DNA of 64,000 nt from an uncultured Planctomycetales bacterium (GCA_964583975.1 CAZOXU010000002.1:155709-219708), one strand, 5' to 3'. Counted from the first letter of the stretch, positions 18,006 through 29,694 are shown. Notes: a model not told the origin generated them from the letters alone. Program-made: numbers and translations.

Positions 18006-18994
18006 AAACGGTATATACCACCTTCAAGAATCCACTGTATTATAGCATCTCCCCAAAATAAACTTACTAAGGCACCTAAAACTATAAAAGGTCCGTAGGC
18101 AATGGTACTTTCTTTAGTGCGTATTTTTTCAACAATTCCTACTACCCCTCCAAAGAAAGGCGCTATAAAAAACGATAATAAAGCTACTTTCCAGCCCAAA
18201 AAAGCACCTATCATCGCCATAAGCTTAACATCTCCTCCGCCCATACTTTCTTTACGGAAAATAATGTCCCCGATCAAGCCCATCGCATATATTGTACCAC
18301 CTCCAATAATAAACCCAGCCATGGCAGAAGCTAAACCATGAAGATGAATATTCAATAATTGAGGACCTTTGATCCAATGAGCATTAACGACATAGATAAT
18401 TAACAATGAAGTAAGAATTAATATTTTAAGAGGCTTATCATCATACCCCTGCTCTTCCGCCATTAAATGTTTACAGAAGAAAGGATAAATCCATTCTAAA
18501 AATAAACACAAAAGAACTATGAACCCTGCAATAAATCCACCTACCAACAAATTCTCTGAAGAAGAATGAAGACTAGGGATTAAAGTACTTAAAATAAGCC
18601 CTGCCCACATGCCTCCTATGGAAATTTCATCTGGAATAATACGATGTTCAATATCTACAAAGGTAGCAACGATAAAACAAGAAACCATCACCAAATAGGC
18701 TGGTAATATAGAAATGGCGCCATAATAATTATAAAAAACCATAAAAACAATTCCTGTTAAAAGCTCAACCATCCAGTAGCGAAAAGCAATCTTCCCCTTA
18801 CAATGACGGCAACGCCCCCCAAGAAGCAACCAACTAATTAAAGGAATATTATCGTACCAAGCAATCGGTTTTTGACATTTAGGACAATGAGAAGAAGGAA
18901 AAACAACTGACTTTTCTTTAGGAAGTCTTACTATACATACATTCAAAAAACTGCCAATGATAGAACCTAGAATAAAAAAGAATACTGATCCCAT
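18002..18994 (-). CDS. pilD: prepilin peptidase (A24 family, PilD-like)
   Basis: N-terminal CPKCQKP...CRHCKGKI Zn-binding tetracysteine. Polytopic membrane protein. 330 aa. Confidence 0.8.
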   Translation of the reverse strand: MGSVFFFILGSIIGSFLNVCIVRLPKEKSVVFPSSHCPKCQKPIAWYDNIPLISWLLLGGRCRHCKGKIAFRYWMVELLTGIVFMVFYNYYGAISILPAYLVMVSCFIVATFVDIEHRIIPDEISIGGMWAGLILSTLIPSLHSSSENLLVGGFIAGFIVLLCLFLEWIYPFFCKHLMAEEQGYDDKPLKILILTSLLIIYVVNAHWIKGPQLLNIHLHGLASAMAGFIIGGGTIYAMGLIGDIIFRKESMGGGDVKLMAMIGAFLGWKVALLSFFIAPFFGGVVGIVEKIRTKESTIAYGPFIVLGALVSLFWGDAIIQWILEGGIYRL

Positions 18995-19857
18995 TATTTT
19001 GTCCCCTCTTCCAGAGTCTTACGCATGATTTTCTTATACTTCTCGCCTATTTCCATACCAGCCCAACAATTAAAAGCCAAAACCCCTTGATAATAAAGCA
19101 TAGCTAAACCATTAGCTGTTTTAGCACCCTTAAGCTTAGCTGCTTTAAGCAAAGCCGTTTGTGCTGGATTATAAATGACATCATAAACCAACATGTCCGG
19201 ATGAAAATTTGCAGGATCTACCATAATCGTTTCTTCACCATTTAACCCTACCGAAGTCGTATTAACCAAACAATCAGCTAATTCTATATTTAAATCATCA
19301 ATGCTATCAACAACTTCTATAATGCTTGTGTCCATTCTTTGGCCTAAATCATTGACTAAGGCCATCGCATTACTTAAAGTTCTATTATAAAGCTTAACAC
19401 TTGCCGGTCTGGGATTGATCATACATAGTATGCTCAAGATTGAACGCGTTGTTCCACCAGCCCCCATAATAGCAATACGTTTATCCTTCAAATCAAATTT
19501 TAACTCTACTAGATGACTTAAAAAACCAGCCCCATCAGTATTTAACCCATGAATCTTTCGTTGGTGCGTGATTAGCAGTGTGTTAACAGCTCCTACTTTT
19601 TGGGCAAAGGGATCTAAGGTATCCACATACTTCAACACTTTTTCTTTATATGGAACCGTAATGTTTAGACCAAAGATAGGATTGTTTTCTTCTTTTAAAT
19701 CTTCAAAGAAAAGCTTTAGCTCTTCATCATCTTTAAGTTCAAAAGTTTTATAGACTGCATTAACTTTAAGAGCCTTAAATGCAGCATTATGCATCAGTGG
19801 CGACAATGTGTGTTTTAAAGGAAAACCAACAATACCATAAATAGCTGGAGCAGACAT
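18994..19857 (-). CDS. aroE: shikimate dehydrogenase
   Basis: 287 aa. YGIVGFPLKHTLSPLMHNAAF N-terminus and GAGG.TRS Rossmann motif. Confidence 0.85.
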   Translation of the reverse strand: MSAPAIYGIVGFPLKHTLSPLMHNAAFKALKVNAVYKTFELKDDEELKLFFEDLKEENNPIFGLNITVPYKEKVLKYVDTLDPFAQKVGAVNTLLITHQRKIHGLNTDGAGFLSHLVELKFDLKDKRIAIMGAGGTTRSILSILCMINPRPASVKLYNRTLSNAMALVNDLGQRMDTSIIEVVDSIDDLNIELADCLVNTTSVGLNGEETIMVDPANFHPDMLVYDVIYNPAQTALLKAAKLKGAKTANGLAMLYYQGVLAFNCWAGMEIGEKYKKIMRKTLEEGTK

Positions 19858-19858
19858 A

Positions 19859-21385
19859 TTAAACCTTTGTTTTCTCCAAGGTTAATGCTTTATTAATAGC
19901 ATTGATGTACGCTTTAACCGAAGCTTCGATAATATCTGTACTGGCCCCATGACCAATCACGCTATTATCTCCTATTAAAACCTTTACCATAACCTGCCCC
20001 ATGGCATCTTTACCTGAAGTGACGGATTGAATAGTGTAATCCAATAATTGAGCCTTGATTTTAGTAATTGATTCGACGGCCTTATAACTAGCATCCACCG
20101 GGCCATCACCTGTAGATTCTTGGGTATAATTCTTACCCTTAAACTTTAAAGTAATGGTGACCTGTGGTTTAACATGACTTCCGCTAGTGTAAACTAAATT
20201 ATCTAATAAACAAAAATCCTTAGTCGTGTTATTAGTATCACCTACCAAAGCAATTAAATCTTCATCAAAAACTTCTTTTTTCTTATCAGCCAAATCTTTA
20301 AATTGTTCAAAAGCCTGGTCGATTTGAGACTCAGTCAAAGTGATTCCCAATGCTTTCAAACGATCTTTAAATGCATGGCGGCCTGAATGCTTACCCAAAA
20401 CTAAACCTTCATGTGAAGGCACCCCTACTTCTTCAGGGCTCATGATTTCATAGGTACGCTTTTCTTTTAATACACCATCTTGATGAATACCTGATTCATG
20501 ACGAAAAGCATTAGCTCCAACAATGGCCTTATTGGGTGGGACCAAAAATCCTGTTGCTTTGGAGACCATCCGCGAAGTTTTATAAAACTCTTTCGTATTA
20601 ATATTTGTCTGTAATTTAAAGAAATCAGCACGTGTCTTGATGGCCATGACAAGCTCTTCCATTGAAGCATTACCAGCCCTCTCACCAATACCGTTAATAG
20701 TACACTCGACCTGCCTAGCCCCATTAATGACACCGGCCAAAGAATTAGCAACACCTAAACCCAAATCATCATGGCAATGAGTAGAAATGATAGCTTTATT
20801 GATATTAGGCACATTATTACAAATCCCAGCAATGACAGCTCCATATTCAATAGGTGTCGAATACCCAACCGTATCAGGAATATTAACAGTCTTTGCCCCA
20901 GCTTTGATCACAGCTTCCAAGACCCTATACAAAAACTCTTTTTCGGTTCTAGAAGCATCTTCTGGTGAAAACTCAATATCACCGATCTTCTTGCGGGCAT
21001 ATTTAACCGCCTCGACCGCCATTTTTAATATTTCATCCTGGCTTTTCTTGAATTTATGCTCCAAATGAATCTTGGAAGTAGCCAAAAAAACGTGAATACG
21101 CGGATGCTTAGCCCCTTTAACAGCTTCTGCAGCTGCATCGATGTCCTTAGTCAAACTACGAGCTAATCCACAGACTGTTGAGCGCTTAATGTGCCGAGCC
21201 ACCTCTTTAACAGACTCAAAATCACCCTTAGAAGCGATTGGAAAGCCTGCCTCGATAATATCAACCCCTAAACGTTCCAAAGCATAGGCAATTTCCAATT
21301 TTTCTTGCCTGTTCATGCTGGCCCCTGGGGCTTGCTCACCATCACGCAAGGTTGTATCAAATATGTAAACTCGATCATTTTTCAT
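19859..21385 (-). CDS. leuA: 2-isopropylmalate synthase / citramalate synthase family
   Basis: 508 aa. IFDTTLRDGEQAPG, the HCHDDLGLGVANSLAG motif, and a C-terminal LeuA regulatory domain. Confidence 0.85.
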   Translation of the reverse strand: MKNDRVYIFDTTLRDGEQAPGASMNRQEKLEIAYALERLGVDIIEAGFPIASKGDFESVKEVARHIKRSTVCGLARSLTKDIDAAAEAVKGAKHPRIHVFLATSKIHLEHKFKKSQDEILKMAVEAVKYARKKIGDIEFSPEDASRTEKEFLYRVLEAVIKAGAKTVNIPDTVGYSTPIEYGAVIAGICNNVPNINKAIISTHCHDDLGLGVANSLAGVINGARQVECTINGIGERAGNASMEELVMAIKTRADFFKLQTNINTKEFYKTSRMVSKATGFLVPPNKAIVGANAFRHESGIHQDGVLKEKRTYEIMSPEEVGVPSHEGLVLGKHSGRHAFKDRLKALGITLTESQIDQAFEQFKDLADKKKEVFDEDLIALVGDTNNTTKDFCLLDNLVYTSGSHVKPQVTITLKFKGKNYTQESTGDGPVDASYKAVESITKIKAQLLDYTIQSVTSGKDAMGQVMVKVLIGDNSVIGHGASTDIIEASVKAYINAINKALTLEKTKV

Positions 21386-21394
21386 AGTTTTATC

Positions 21395-21430
21395 CTTATA
21401 AAGAAAAAGGGCGAGATAAACTCGCCCTTT
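21395..21430 (-). terminator. intrinsic terminator (or attenuator) between ilvC and leuA
   Basis: On the minus strand: AAAGGGCGAG-UUUAU-CUCGCCCUUU followed by UUCUUUAU. Confidence 0.5.
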
Positions 21431-21468
21431 AATATTAACATGCTTTTAGAATTTATCCTGTACTTACA

Positions 21469-22461
21469 TTATTTTTTCATCCAACTCATCATAGCACGTA
21501 GTCGAGTTCCAACTTTCTCGATTAGGTGACTATCACCAGCTTTACGCATCTTTAGGAAATTCTTACGACCATTTTTATTTTCAGCCATCCATTCTTTAGC
21601 AAATTTACCAGTTTGGATTTCTTTTAAAATCTTTTGCATTTCAGCACGTGTACGGGCATTCACAATACGTGGACCACGGGTCATATCACCGTATTCTGCC
21701 GTATCAGAAACCTTTTTGCGCATACCCTGAATACCTTCTTCATACATAATATCCACAATCAATTTTAATTCATGCAAACATTCAAAATAGGCAATCTCGG
21801 GCTGGTAACCTGCTTTAACCAAGGTTTCAAATCCAGCTTTAACCAATTCACTAGCGCCACCACACAAAACAGCTTGTTCACCAAATAAATCGGTTTCAGT
21901 CTCTTCTTTAAAGGTGGTTTGGATAATGCCTGCTCTAGAACCGCCAACACCCTTGGCATAGGCTAAGGCAACCTTCAAAGCCTTACCCGTGGCGTTTTGA
22001 TAGATAGCCACTAAACATGGAACGCCTTTACCTTCTTCATATTGACGGCGCACCAAAGAACCCGGTCCTTTAGGAGCAATCATGAATACATCCACATCTT
22101 TAGGTGGAACGATAAACTTAAAATGGATATTAAATCCGTGCGAAAAAGCCAAAGCTTTACCTTTGGTCAAATAAGGCTCAATAGATTCTTTATACAAATC
22201 AGCTTGCAAATGATCTTGGGTTAAAACAATAATAACATCAGCTTTTTGAGTAGCTTCTGCAACCGACATGGGTTTAAAGCCATCTTTAATAGCCTTTTCG
22301 TAATTAGGCCCCCCAGGACGCTGGGCAATAATGACATTCAAACCACTGTCACGTAAGTTCAAAGCCTGACCTCGCCCTTGGATACCATAACCTACCACAG
22401 CGATCGTCTTATTTTTTATATCGTTGATGTTACAATCTTTATCGTAGAAATTTTTAGCCAT
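21469..22461 (-). CDS. ilvC: ketol-acid reductoisomerase (class I)
   Basis: 330 aa. [22 protein letters not shown] motif and KARI core. Confidence 0.9.
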   Translation of the reverse strand: MAKNFYDKDCNINDIKNKTIAVVGYGIQGRGQALNLRDSGLNVIIAQRPGGPNYEKAIKDGFKPMSVAEATQKADVIIVLTQDHLQADLYKESIEPYLTKGKALAFSHGFNIHFKFIVPPKDVDVFMIAPKGPGSLVRRQYEEGKGVPCLVAIYQNATGKALKVALAYAKGVGGSRAGIIQTTFKEETETDLFGEQAVLCGGASELVKAGFETLVKAGYQPEIAYFECLHELKLIVDIMYEEGIQGMRKKVSDTAEYGDMTRGPRIVNARTRAEMQKILKEIQTGKFAKEWMAENKNGRKNFLKMRKAGDSHLIEKVGTRLRAMMSWMKK

Positions 22462-22537
22462 TATATTTTCCTTTATCTTTATGGAAATCCCTCATAACGT
22501 TCGGGATAAATTCGTCTTTTTATTTTTAAGGACGAAT

Positions 22538-23860
22538 TTAATCGTCACCTTCCCCATCTAAATGGGCCTGTGTCTCGCGTAAACCAATCTTAACATCAAC
22601 TGGTTTAATGATGCCTGTGACAAAATCCTTAGTATCATTGACATTCAGCTGTTTAAATAGGAATTCAAAATTCTTTTCAATCTCAGCCGCGATACCTTCT
22701 TTGACATTTAACGGCAGGTTCATAATATCTTTCTTAAATTGGCCTAAAGCACGTTTACGGGCTTTATAAACATATTGTTCATCAGTATCGGTAGACTTAC
22801 GTTCACTCTGACAGTTAGCCTTAGTCCATTCAACCATTTTAGAATAAAGATCCTTAGGGAATAATTTACTATCCAAGGTCTTATTCTGAAAATTGGTTGC
22901 CAGGTGAATTTCAATAGTATTGACTTCAGGAAATTTATTAAATGCATCATCAGGCAAGGTTGAAGCACCATGCTGAACCGCACCACCCATCCCATATTGT
23001 TTCTGGGCTGCTAAGGATAAGGCCTTGAGTGTGTCAAAATCAACACTGACCTTAGCCATCGTTCCATCAGGAAGAACAACACCACCATGGGAAGTTCCAG
23101 TTTGAACAGAAATTTTGCTTAAACCAACCAAACCTTTTGGTAAAGATTTGTTATAGCCATCGGTAAAAGCTACCAATTCTTCAACGGTAGAATTCTTATG
23201 ACCAACTTCTCCGATTTCTCCACCAATAGAAACTTCAATACCCTTAGGTTGAATTTTTCGAATAAAGGCTGACATTTCAGCACAAACTTCAAAATTATCG
23301 CGTTGTTGTTCAGTTAAGGTTGGACGATCTAATTTGACTGTAGTCGATGAGTCCACATCAATATTATAGAATCCAGCAGCTACGCAATCAGCCACCATAT
23401 CTTTTAAGGCAGCAACTTCTTTCTTTTGATCTTTAAAATATTCGCCGGCCTTGATTTGGCAATGATCGCCTTGGATGAATACAGGACCACTGTAATTTTC
23501 TTTCAAAGCAGCTCCTAAAATGACTCCGACATATTCGATTGGAGGTTGCCCTGTATAACCCATTTCAGATTTAGCAATTTCAAAAATAAACGCGCCAGCA
23601 TTCAAGCGTTTGGCGGTACGAAAGATGGCACGAGCTAAGTAATAGGTTAATGAACGTAAATTCATAGCAGGAACAGTGAAGTTCTTTCCTTGCCCTTTAC
23701 CACGAGCCATATAGACATCATGAATAGAAGCTAAAAAAGCACCTTTGGCCTTGGCCTGGGCTTGAATTTCTTTGGTAATAGCTTCTTTTTCTTTAATATT
23801 ATCAGTTAGAACTAATTTTTGTACTGCAGCATCAACATCGAATACGGTATTGACTGACAT
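22538..23860 (-). CDS. class II fructose-bisphosphate aldolase family, long form (440 aa)
   Basis: Motifs IQGDHCQ, IGGEIGEVG and AVQHGAST align with E. coli FbaA HTDHCAK / ELGCTGGEEDG / VFHGGSGS. Carries large insertions relative to FbaA. Adjacent to pfkA. Confidence 0.65.
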   Translation of the reverse strand: MSVNTVFDVDAAVQKLVLTDNIKEKEAITKEIQAQAKAKGAFLASIHDVYMARGKGQGKNFTVPAMNLRSLTYYLARAIFRTAKRLNAGAFIFEIAKSEMGYTGQPPIEYVGVILGAALKENYSGPVFIQGDHCQIKAGEYFKDQKKEVAALKDMVADCVAAGFYNIDVDSSTTVKLDRPTLTEQQRDNFEVCAEMSAFIRKIQPKGIEVSIGGEIGEVGHKNSTVEELVAFTDGYNKSLPKGLVGLSKISVQTGTSHGGVVLPDGTMAKVSVDFDTLKALSLAAQKQYGMGGAVQHGASTLPDDAFNKFPEVNTIEIHLATNFQNKTLDSKLFPKDLYSKMVEWTKANCQSERKSTDTDEQYVYKARKRALGQFKKDIMNLPLNVKEGIAAEIEKNFEFLFKQLNVNDTKDFVTGIIKPVDVKIGLRETQAHLDGEGDD

Positions 23861-23976
23861 TTCTGACTCCTTTTTAAATTAAGGTAAAAACCATCCAAAA
23901 TGAAGCGTTAATATAGCAAATTAAGACTTACCTGTAAAGGGCCTCTATTATTCATTTGAAACACGTTCCGGAAGGC

Positions 23977-24945
23977 TTAAGTAAGGACTTTTAGAAGCTC
24001 ATAACGTTGATCCATGTCAGCATGAACACGTCGGGTAGCATCCTTTAAATCAATAACATTGATTCTATCTTGTAAAACACCCACTGCTTTACCAAAGGTT
24101 CCTTTTAAAATTAAATCTACCGCAGCAGCCCCTAATCTCGTTGATAAAATTCGATCTACCCCACTGGGAGTACCGCCCCGTTGTATGTGACCCAAAACAG
24201 CATACCGAGTTTCTAAGTTCGTATAACGGGTAATATTTTCAGAAACAATCTCTGCCATAGCAGCACCCTCAGCAACTACGATGATATAGCTAATTTTACC
24301 TTTCTTATTACCTGCCACGATCTCTTGATGCATATGTTGATAGTCAAATTTTCTTTCTGGAATAATCACATCTTCCGCACCCGCCCCTAAAGCCACTTCC
24401 ATAGCAATATAACCGCTTTTATTACCCATGACCTCAACAACAAAAATACGTTCCATACTCTGGACAGTATCCCGGATCTTATCAATTGCATCCAATGCCG
24501 TGTTGATAGCCGTTGAGCAACCAATGGTTTGATCTGTACCATTTAAATCATTATCAATCGTTCCTGGTAAACCAATGGTTGGAATCCCATGTTGTTCATA
24601 TAATTGTGAAGCCCCACGATAAGAACCATCACCACCAATAACAATCAAAGCATCAATATTATGTTTACGAATAATGGCAGCTGCTTTGGCTTTACCTTCT
24701 TCGGTACCGAATTCTTTAGAACGGGCAGTTTTTAGAATAGTACCCCCACGGTTAATAATATTTGATACTGATCGATGCCCCAAAGGACTGATTTCTTCAT
24801 CCAATAGACCTTGATAGCCCCGCATAATCCCAGCTACTTCAACACCATGATGAAGCGAACAACGTACAGCTGAACGAATAGCAGCATTCATCCCTGGACC
24901 ATCGCCACCTGAAGTTAAAATACCTATTTTCTTAATTTTATTCAT
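23977..24945 (-). CDS. pfkA: ATP-dependent 6-phosphofructokinase
   Basis: 322 aa. GILTSGGDGPGMNAAIR, GGDGS and MGR motifs. Confidence 0.9.
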   Translation of the reverse strand: MNKIKKIGILTSGGDGPGMNAAIRSAVRCSLHHGVEVAGIMRGYQGLLDEEISPLGHRSVSNIINRGGTILKTARSKEFGTEEGKAKAAAIIRKHNIDALIVIGGDGSYRGASQLYEQHGIPTIGLPGTIDNDLNGTDQTIGCSTAINTALDAIDKIRDTVQSMERIFVVEVMGNKSGYIAMEVALGAGAEDVIIPERKFDYQHMHQEIVAGNKKGKISYIIVVAEGAAMAEIVSENITRYTNLETRYAVLGHIQRGGTPSGVDRILSTRLGAAAVDLILKGTFGKAVGVLQDRINVIDLKDATRRVHADMDQRYELLKVLT

Positions 24946-24961
24946 ACATTTTCCCTAATAA

Positions 24962-26398
24962 TTAATATCCATACTTGACTTGAATCTGATAAGTCAAGGT
25001 CACTTCCCCATCCTTAGGAACAGCCACATTAAATTTAATAGTTGAAACATCTTGTTTTTCAAAAGGAATTGATGAAGAAAGCACCCGCCACTGGCCATAA
25101 GAAGCCAAAGATTCTATGACAGCCACAGTAACATCTTCCTTTTTATGATTGCGCAAGGTAACCTCCCATGAAGATTCATAAACATTACGAGAAACTACAC
25201 GAAAATCAGTTTGTTTGCGTTCAGCAACGATATCAAAGGCTTCGCCTATTTTAAGATGAATATTTTCATCCTTAGGGGTATGTTCAATATTATCTTCCCC
25301 TATAAACTGCAAACTTTCGCTATTATCTGCCTTATAAAGACGCATAATACCTGAAGGTAAAGGCATCCCTAAATTATTTTCTTTAGAGTTCTTGAATGAA
25401 ACTGAAACATTAACAGGCACCTTGTTATCACCTGATCGGTAATCTTGAAAGAAATAACTCGAATTTCCAGCAACCGTAAATTCTTTAACAGTCTTTATAT
25501 CCTTACCCTCTAAGAGAAGCACTTGTTTAACTTGATTATCTTTAATGGTGGTCGGGCGTTGAAGATCATAAATATGATATTCAAAAAAAGACTGTTCCAC
25601 AAAAGCTGGTGCAGCAGATCCACCCAAAGTGGCCTTCTCTGCATACATCATATCAGTTTGCCTTGATTGGGCTTGGACACGATTAACCTTACCAGCAATC
25701 AACTTCAATTTGGCATTCTTATAAGTTGTGCCGCTTTGATTATTAAGCGTAACCCATCCGGAAAGGCCAGCTTTCCTATCTTCACTATCTAAAACAAGCA
25801 CATAATCAGACTTCCAATTAATATTGTTAGTTAAATAAGAAACTTCAACAGCCTGCTTTCCATCTGTAGGGGTTTCGTAATTCCATGTTAATGTAGGTTG
25901 AGCAATTAAATTTTCTGGGATCTCAGGCAGTATTTTCTGTCCTGGAAATCCAAGATAGATCTCTTTGCCGACTTGGTAGACTTGACCATTATTATTGCTT
26001 ATAAGAGTAGCTTCAACGGTTTCTTTTTGACTATTGTAAGGATTTTCTTTGAGTAGTTTAATTTTCTTACCAACATATTTATCTAACAGCTTGGTCTCGT
26101 TGATAAGATCATATTCAAAATTTTGTTCTAAGACGGAAAGTCCCTCTGTTTTATTTAAGGATTTAATATGAACCGTTTCCGGCATGATGGCAGAGGCCAC
26201 ATCCATAAAATGCAACTGTCCAGCGCCTTTGGTAAGAGTAATGTTGCGGGTATCTTTGACTAAACCTAAATTACTATTATAAACCGTCACTTCAATCGAA
26301 CTTTGATCATCTAAGGTGCTTTTCATTACGTTTTGGGCTAAAGCAACACTTGAAACCAAACCGAACAATACAGGCGTAATAAAAAGCAATCTTTTCAT
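24962..26398 (-). CDS. DUF4140/DUF4139 (TIGR02231-like) exported protein
   Basis: 478 aa with a signal peptide. N-terminus VTVYNSNLGLVKDTRNITLTKGAGQLHFMDVASAIMPETVHIKS is typical of the DUF4140 N-terminal domain. Overall length and β-rich C-terminus fit DUF4139. Confidence 0.6.
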   Translation of the reverse strand: MKRLLFITPVLFGLVSSVALAQNVMKSTLDDQSSIEVTVYNSNLGLVKDTRNITLTKGAGQLHFMDVASAIMPETVHIKSLNKTEGLSVLEQNFEYDLINETKLLDKYVGKKIKLLKENPYNSQKETVEATLISNNNGQVYQVGKEIYLGFPGQKILPEIPENLIAQPTLTWNYETPTDGKQAVEVSYLTNNINWKSDYVLVLDSEDRKAGLSGWVTLNNQSGTTYKNAKLKLIAGKVNRVQAQSRQTDMMYAEKATLGGSAAPAFVEQSFFEYHIYDLQRPTTIKDNQVKQVLLLEGKDIKTVKEFTVAGNSSYFFQDYRSGDNKVPVNVSVSFKNSKENNLGMPLPSGIMRLYKADNSESLQFIGEDNIEHTPKDENIHLKIGEAFDIVAERKQTDFRVVSRNVYESSWEVTLRNHKKEDVTVAVIESLASYGQWRVLSSSIPFEKQDVSTIKFNVAVPKDGEVTLTYQIQVKYGY

Positions 26399-26414
26399 AA
26401 TGGCCTTTCAGTGT

Positions 26415-27770
26415 TTAATAACGGTAATGATCTGGTTTAAATGGACCTTCGACCTTCACACCTAAATATTTAGCTTGAGCGGAAGATAAAGTATCTAATT
26501 TTGCGCCAACTTTTTCTAAATGAAGACGAGCTACTTTTTCATCGAGTTGTTTAGGTAGCGTATAAACCTTATTCTCATAGTTCTGGCCATTTTGCCATAA
26601 CTCGATTTGTGCTAAAACCTGATTGGTAAACGAATTACTCATAACAAAAGAAGGATGGCCCATGGCACATCCTAAATTAACCAATCTTCCCTCAGCCAAA
26701 ACAATGATCTTTTTGCCATTAGGATAGGTGTATTCATCAACTTGGGGTTTAATTTGTACCTTTTTAACATCTTTACGATTATTAAGGTATGCAATATTGA
26801 TCTCAGCATCAAAGTGTCCGATATTACAGACAATCGCTCCACTTTTCATAAGATCCAAGTGTTTACCAGTAATAACATCCACACATCCTGTTGCTGTAAC
26901 AAAAATGTCACCTATTTTAGCTGCTTCATCCATGGGCATAACTTGATAACCTTCCATAGAGGCTTGTAAGGCACAAATAGGATCAATTTCAGTCACAACA
27001 ACTCTACCACCTAAACCTTTAAATGACTGAACACTACCCTTACCCACATCACCGTAACCAGCAACTACACAAACCTTACCAGCAATCATGCGATCAGTGG
27101 CACGCTTAATACCATCAACTAAAGATTCACGACATCCATAAAGATTGTCAAATTTGGATTTGGTCACTGAATCATTGATGTTAATAGCAGGAACTTTTAA
27201 TGTCCCTTTTTTAACCATGTCATATAAACGATGTACGCCTGTGGTCGTTTCTTCAGACAAACCTTTAATACCTTTTAAGAAATGCGGAAATTTCTCATGA
27301 ACCATGGTGGTCAAATCTCCACCATCATCCAAGAGCATATTAGGACCTTGTCCATTACCCCAATCAATGGTTTGCTCGATACACCAATCAGCTTCAGCTA
27401 AGGTTTCACCTTTCCAGGCAAACACAGGAATTCCAGCGGCAGCAATGGCAGCTGCAGCATGATCTTGGGTCGAAAAAATATTACAAGAGGACCAGCGAAC
27501 CTGAGCTCCTAAATGAACCAAGGTTTCAATTAAAACAGCTGTTTCGATTGTCATGTGGATACATCCAGCAATCCTTGCACCCTTAAGTGGTTTCTGAGCA
27601 CCAAATTCCTGACGAATAGCCATTAAACCTGGCATTTCAGTCTCAGCAATTGTAATTTCCTTACGCCCCCACGAGGCCAAAGAGATATCTTTGACCTTAT
27701 AATCTGATGATTTAGCTGTAGTTTTATTCATAACTTTTTTTGAACCTTTAAGCATAGTTGCAGTTGGCAT
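26415..27770 (-). CDS. ahcY: adenosylhomocysteinase
   Basis: 451 aa. [29 protein letters not shown]-terminus and NAD-binding GYGDVGKG. Confidence 0.9.
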   Translation of the reverse strand: MPTATMLKGSKKVMNKTTAKSSDYKVKDISLASWGRKEITIAETEMPGLMAIRQEFGAQKPLKGARIAGCIHMTIETAVLIETLVHLGAQVRWSSCNIFSTQDHAAAAIAAAGIPVFAWKGETLAEADWCIEQTIDWGNGQGPNMLLDDGGDLTTMVHEKFPHFLKGIKGLSEETTTGVHRLYDMVKKGTLKVPAININDSVTKSKFDNLYGCRESLVDGIKRATDRMIAGKVCVVAGYGDVGKGSVQSFKGLGGRVVVTEIDPICALQASMEGYQVMPMDEAAKIGDIFVTATGCVDVITGKHLDLMKSGAIVCNIGHFDAEINIAYLNNRKDVKKVQIKPQVDEYTYPNGKKIIVLAEGRLVNLGCAMGHPSFVMSNSFTNQVLAQIELWQNGQNYENKVYTLPKQLDEKVARLHLEKVGAKLDTLSSAQAKYLGVKVEGPFKPDHYRY

Positions 27771-27771
27771 A

Positions 27772-28938
27772 TTAAGCTTCCTTTTTCAAAATATTAGCTT
27801 TATCTGTTTTTTCCCAAGTGAATCCCGGACGACCAAAGTGACCATAACTGGCTGTTTTAAGATAGACAGGTTTACGAAGATCTAACGTCTTGATAATCCC
27901 TCGTGGAGATAAATCAAAATGTTTACGGACAAGCTCAACTAAACGTTGTTCACTTACTTTTCCTGTTCCATAAGTATCCACCATCACTGAAACTGGTTGA
28001 GGATAACCGATAGCATAACCTACCTGCAATAAACATCTATCAGCTAAACCAGCAGCCACAATATTCTTTGCAATGTAACGGCACATATAAGCAGCTGATC
28101 GATCCACCTTGGTTGGATCTTTTCCTGAAAAAGCACCACCCCCATGAGGAACAGCACCACCATAGGTGTCTACAATGATTTTACGACCTGTAACACCGGT
28201 ATCAGATTGAGGACCACCAACCACAAATTTCCCAGTTTCATTAACTAAAAACTTGGTATTTTTGTCAATTAATTTACCAACGACAGGTATGGCAATTTCT
28301 TTGATCATTTGTTGTTTAGATTTTTCTGTAATGCGCTTACCTGTTTTATCCAAGATTTCTTCTGTATGTTGGCAAGCTAAAACAACCGCATCCACACGCA
28401 AGGGTGTATTGCCATCGTATTCAACCGTAACTTGTGATTTACAATCTGGGCCTAGATATTTTCCAATACCTAATTTCTTTTTACGAATTTCTTCTACACG
28501 CTCGACCAACCGATGAGATAACATAATAGGAAGCGGCATTAGTTCTGGTGTTTCATTACAAGCATACCCGAACATGATGCCTTGATCACCAGCTCCTCCA
28601 GTATCAACCCCCTGAGCAATATCGGGAGATTGTTTATTAATCGCATTTAAAATAGCGCAAACGTTGGCATCAAAACCATATTTAGGATGATCATATCCGA
28701 TATCTAATAGCACTTTACGTACTAATTTATGAACGTCGACATAGGTCGTTGTTGTAATTTCACCACCAACAATAACCTGCCCCATCGAACAAAATGTTTC
28801 ACAGGCCACGCGACCCATGGGATCGTCTTTTAAGACCGCATCTAAAACAGCATCAGAGATTTGATCGCAAACCTTGTCTGGATGGCCATTACCTACTGAT
28901 TCTGAAGTAAATAAATAACGTCCTTTCACACATACCAC
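27772..28938 (-). CDS. metK: S-adenosylmethionine synthase
   Basis: 388 aa. [28 protein letters not shown] and [16 protein letters not shown] motifs. Confidence 0.9.
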   Translation of the reverse strand: MVCVKGRYLFTSESVGNGHPDKVCDQISDAVLDAVLKDDPMGRVACETFCSMGQVIVGGEITTTTYVDVHKLVRKVLLDIGYDHPKYGFDANVCAILNAINKQSPDIAQGVDTGGAGDQGIMFGYACNETPELMPLPIMLSHRLVERVEEIRKKKLGIGKYLGPDCKSQVTVEYDGNTPLRVDAVVLACQHTEEILDKTGKRITEKSKQQMIKEIAIPVVGKLIDKNTKFLVNETGKFVVGGPQSDTGVTGRKIIVDTYGGAVPHGGGAFSGKDPTKVDRSAAYMCRYIAKNIVAAGLADRCLLQVGYAIGYPQPVSVMVDTYGTGKVSEQRLVELVRKHFDLSPRGIIKTLDLRKPVYLKTASYGHFGRPGFTWEKTDKANILKKEA

Positions 28939-28962
28939 CTTTCTTAATGTTTGAATTATTAT

Positions 28963-29694
28963 CTATTTAAAATGTTTTTGGGCTTCATTAAGAGATTCAA
29001 TGCTGCCGATATCATACCATTTACCATTAAATTGAAAACCATAAACATTTTTCTTTTCAGAAAGCCATTGGATATAACTGCCCGCTGCATCCAAAGCTTT
29101 CGATTGGCTTGCATATTCTGGCAAATAGCCCAAAGTTTCCTTTGGAAAATAATAAAGACACATAGTAATTAAACTATATTTGGGAGCAGGAGGTTTTTCC
29201 TCAAACGATACCACGCGATTATTTTGATCTAACCCTATAACGCCAAACTTAGTGGCTGCTGATTTATCATGGATATCGTAAACACCAATTGTTACAGCTG
29301 GTGATTTTGAGAAAGCAAAATTCATATAATCCTTCAAACTTTGATCAAATAAATTATCTCCCCCAATAATCAACCAATCACTTTCTTGCTTCTCTTTATT
29401 CCATACAAAGTCAATATCTCCAACTGACCCTAAGCGCTCTTCGGGGGTATTAGTACCATCATTAATCACTCTGATTTTACGATCTGTGTGTGTTAAAGCC
29501 CATCGTTCGAAATGAGTATGAAATTTATTGTTGGTTACAACTACGATTTCTTCCAGGGAAGGAATTTCCTTCAAACTCGAAACAATATAATCAATCAAAG
29601 GACGATTATTTACTGGAATTAAAGGTTTTGGGGTGTCTTTAATAACTGAAGCTAATCGTGTACCATAACCACCTGCTAAAATTAAAACTTTCAT
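28963..29694 (-). CDS. sugar-phosphate nucleotidyltransferase (G1P thymidylyl/uridylyl-transferase-like)
   Basis: MKVLILAGGYGTRL..PKPLIPV signature. Start moved to the internal Met at 29694, giving a 4-nt ATGA overlap with the ptsI stop. The upstream extension in the track overlaps ptsI. Confidence 0.75.
   Translation of the reverse strand: MKVLILAGGYGTRLASVIKDTPKPLIPVNNRPLIDYIVSSLKEIPSLEEIVVVTNNKFHTHFERWALTHTDRKIRVINDGTNTPEERLGSVGDIDFVWNKEKQESDWLIIGGDNLFDQSLKDYMNFAFSKSPAVTIGVYDIHDKSAATKFGVIGLDQNNRVVSFEEKPPAPKYSLITMCLYYFPKETLGYLPEYASQSKALDAAGSYIQWLSEKKNVYGFQFNGKWYDIGSIESLNEAQKHFK

Noticed and set aside
20467-21068. Several 65-95-aa ORFs on both strands inside leuA
   Set aside because: All nested within or antisense to the 508-aa leuA.
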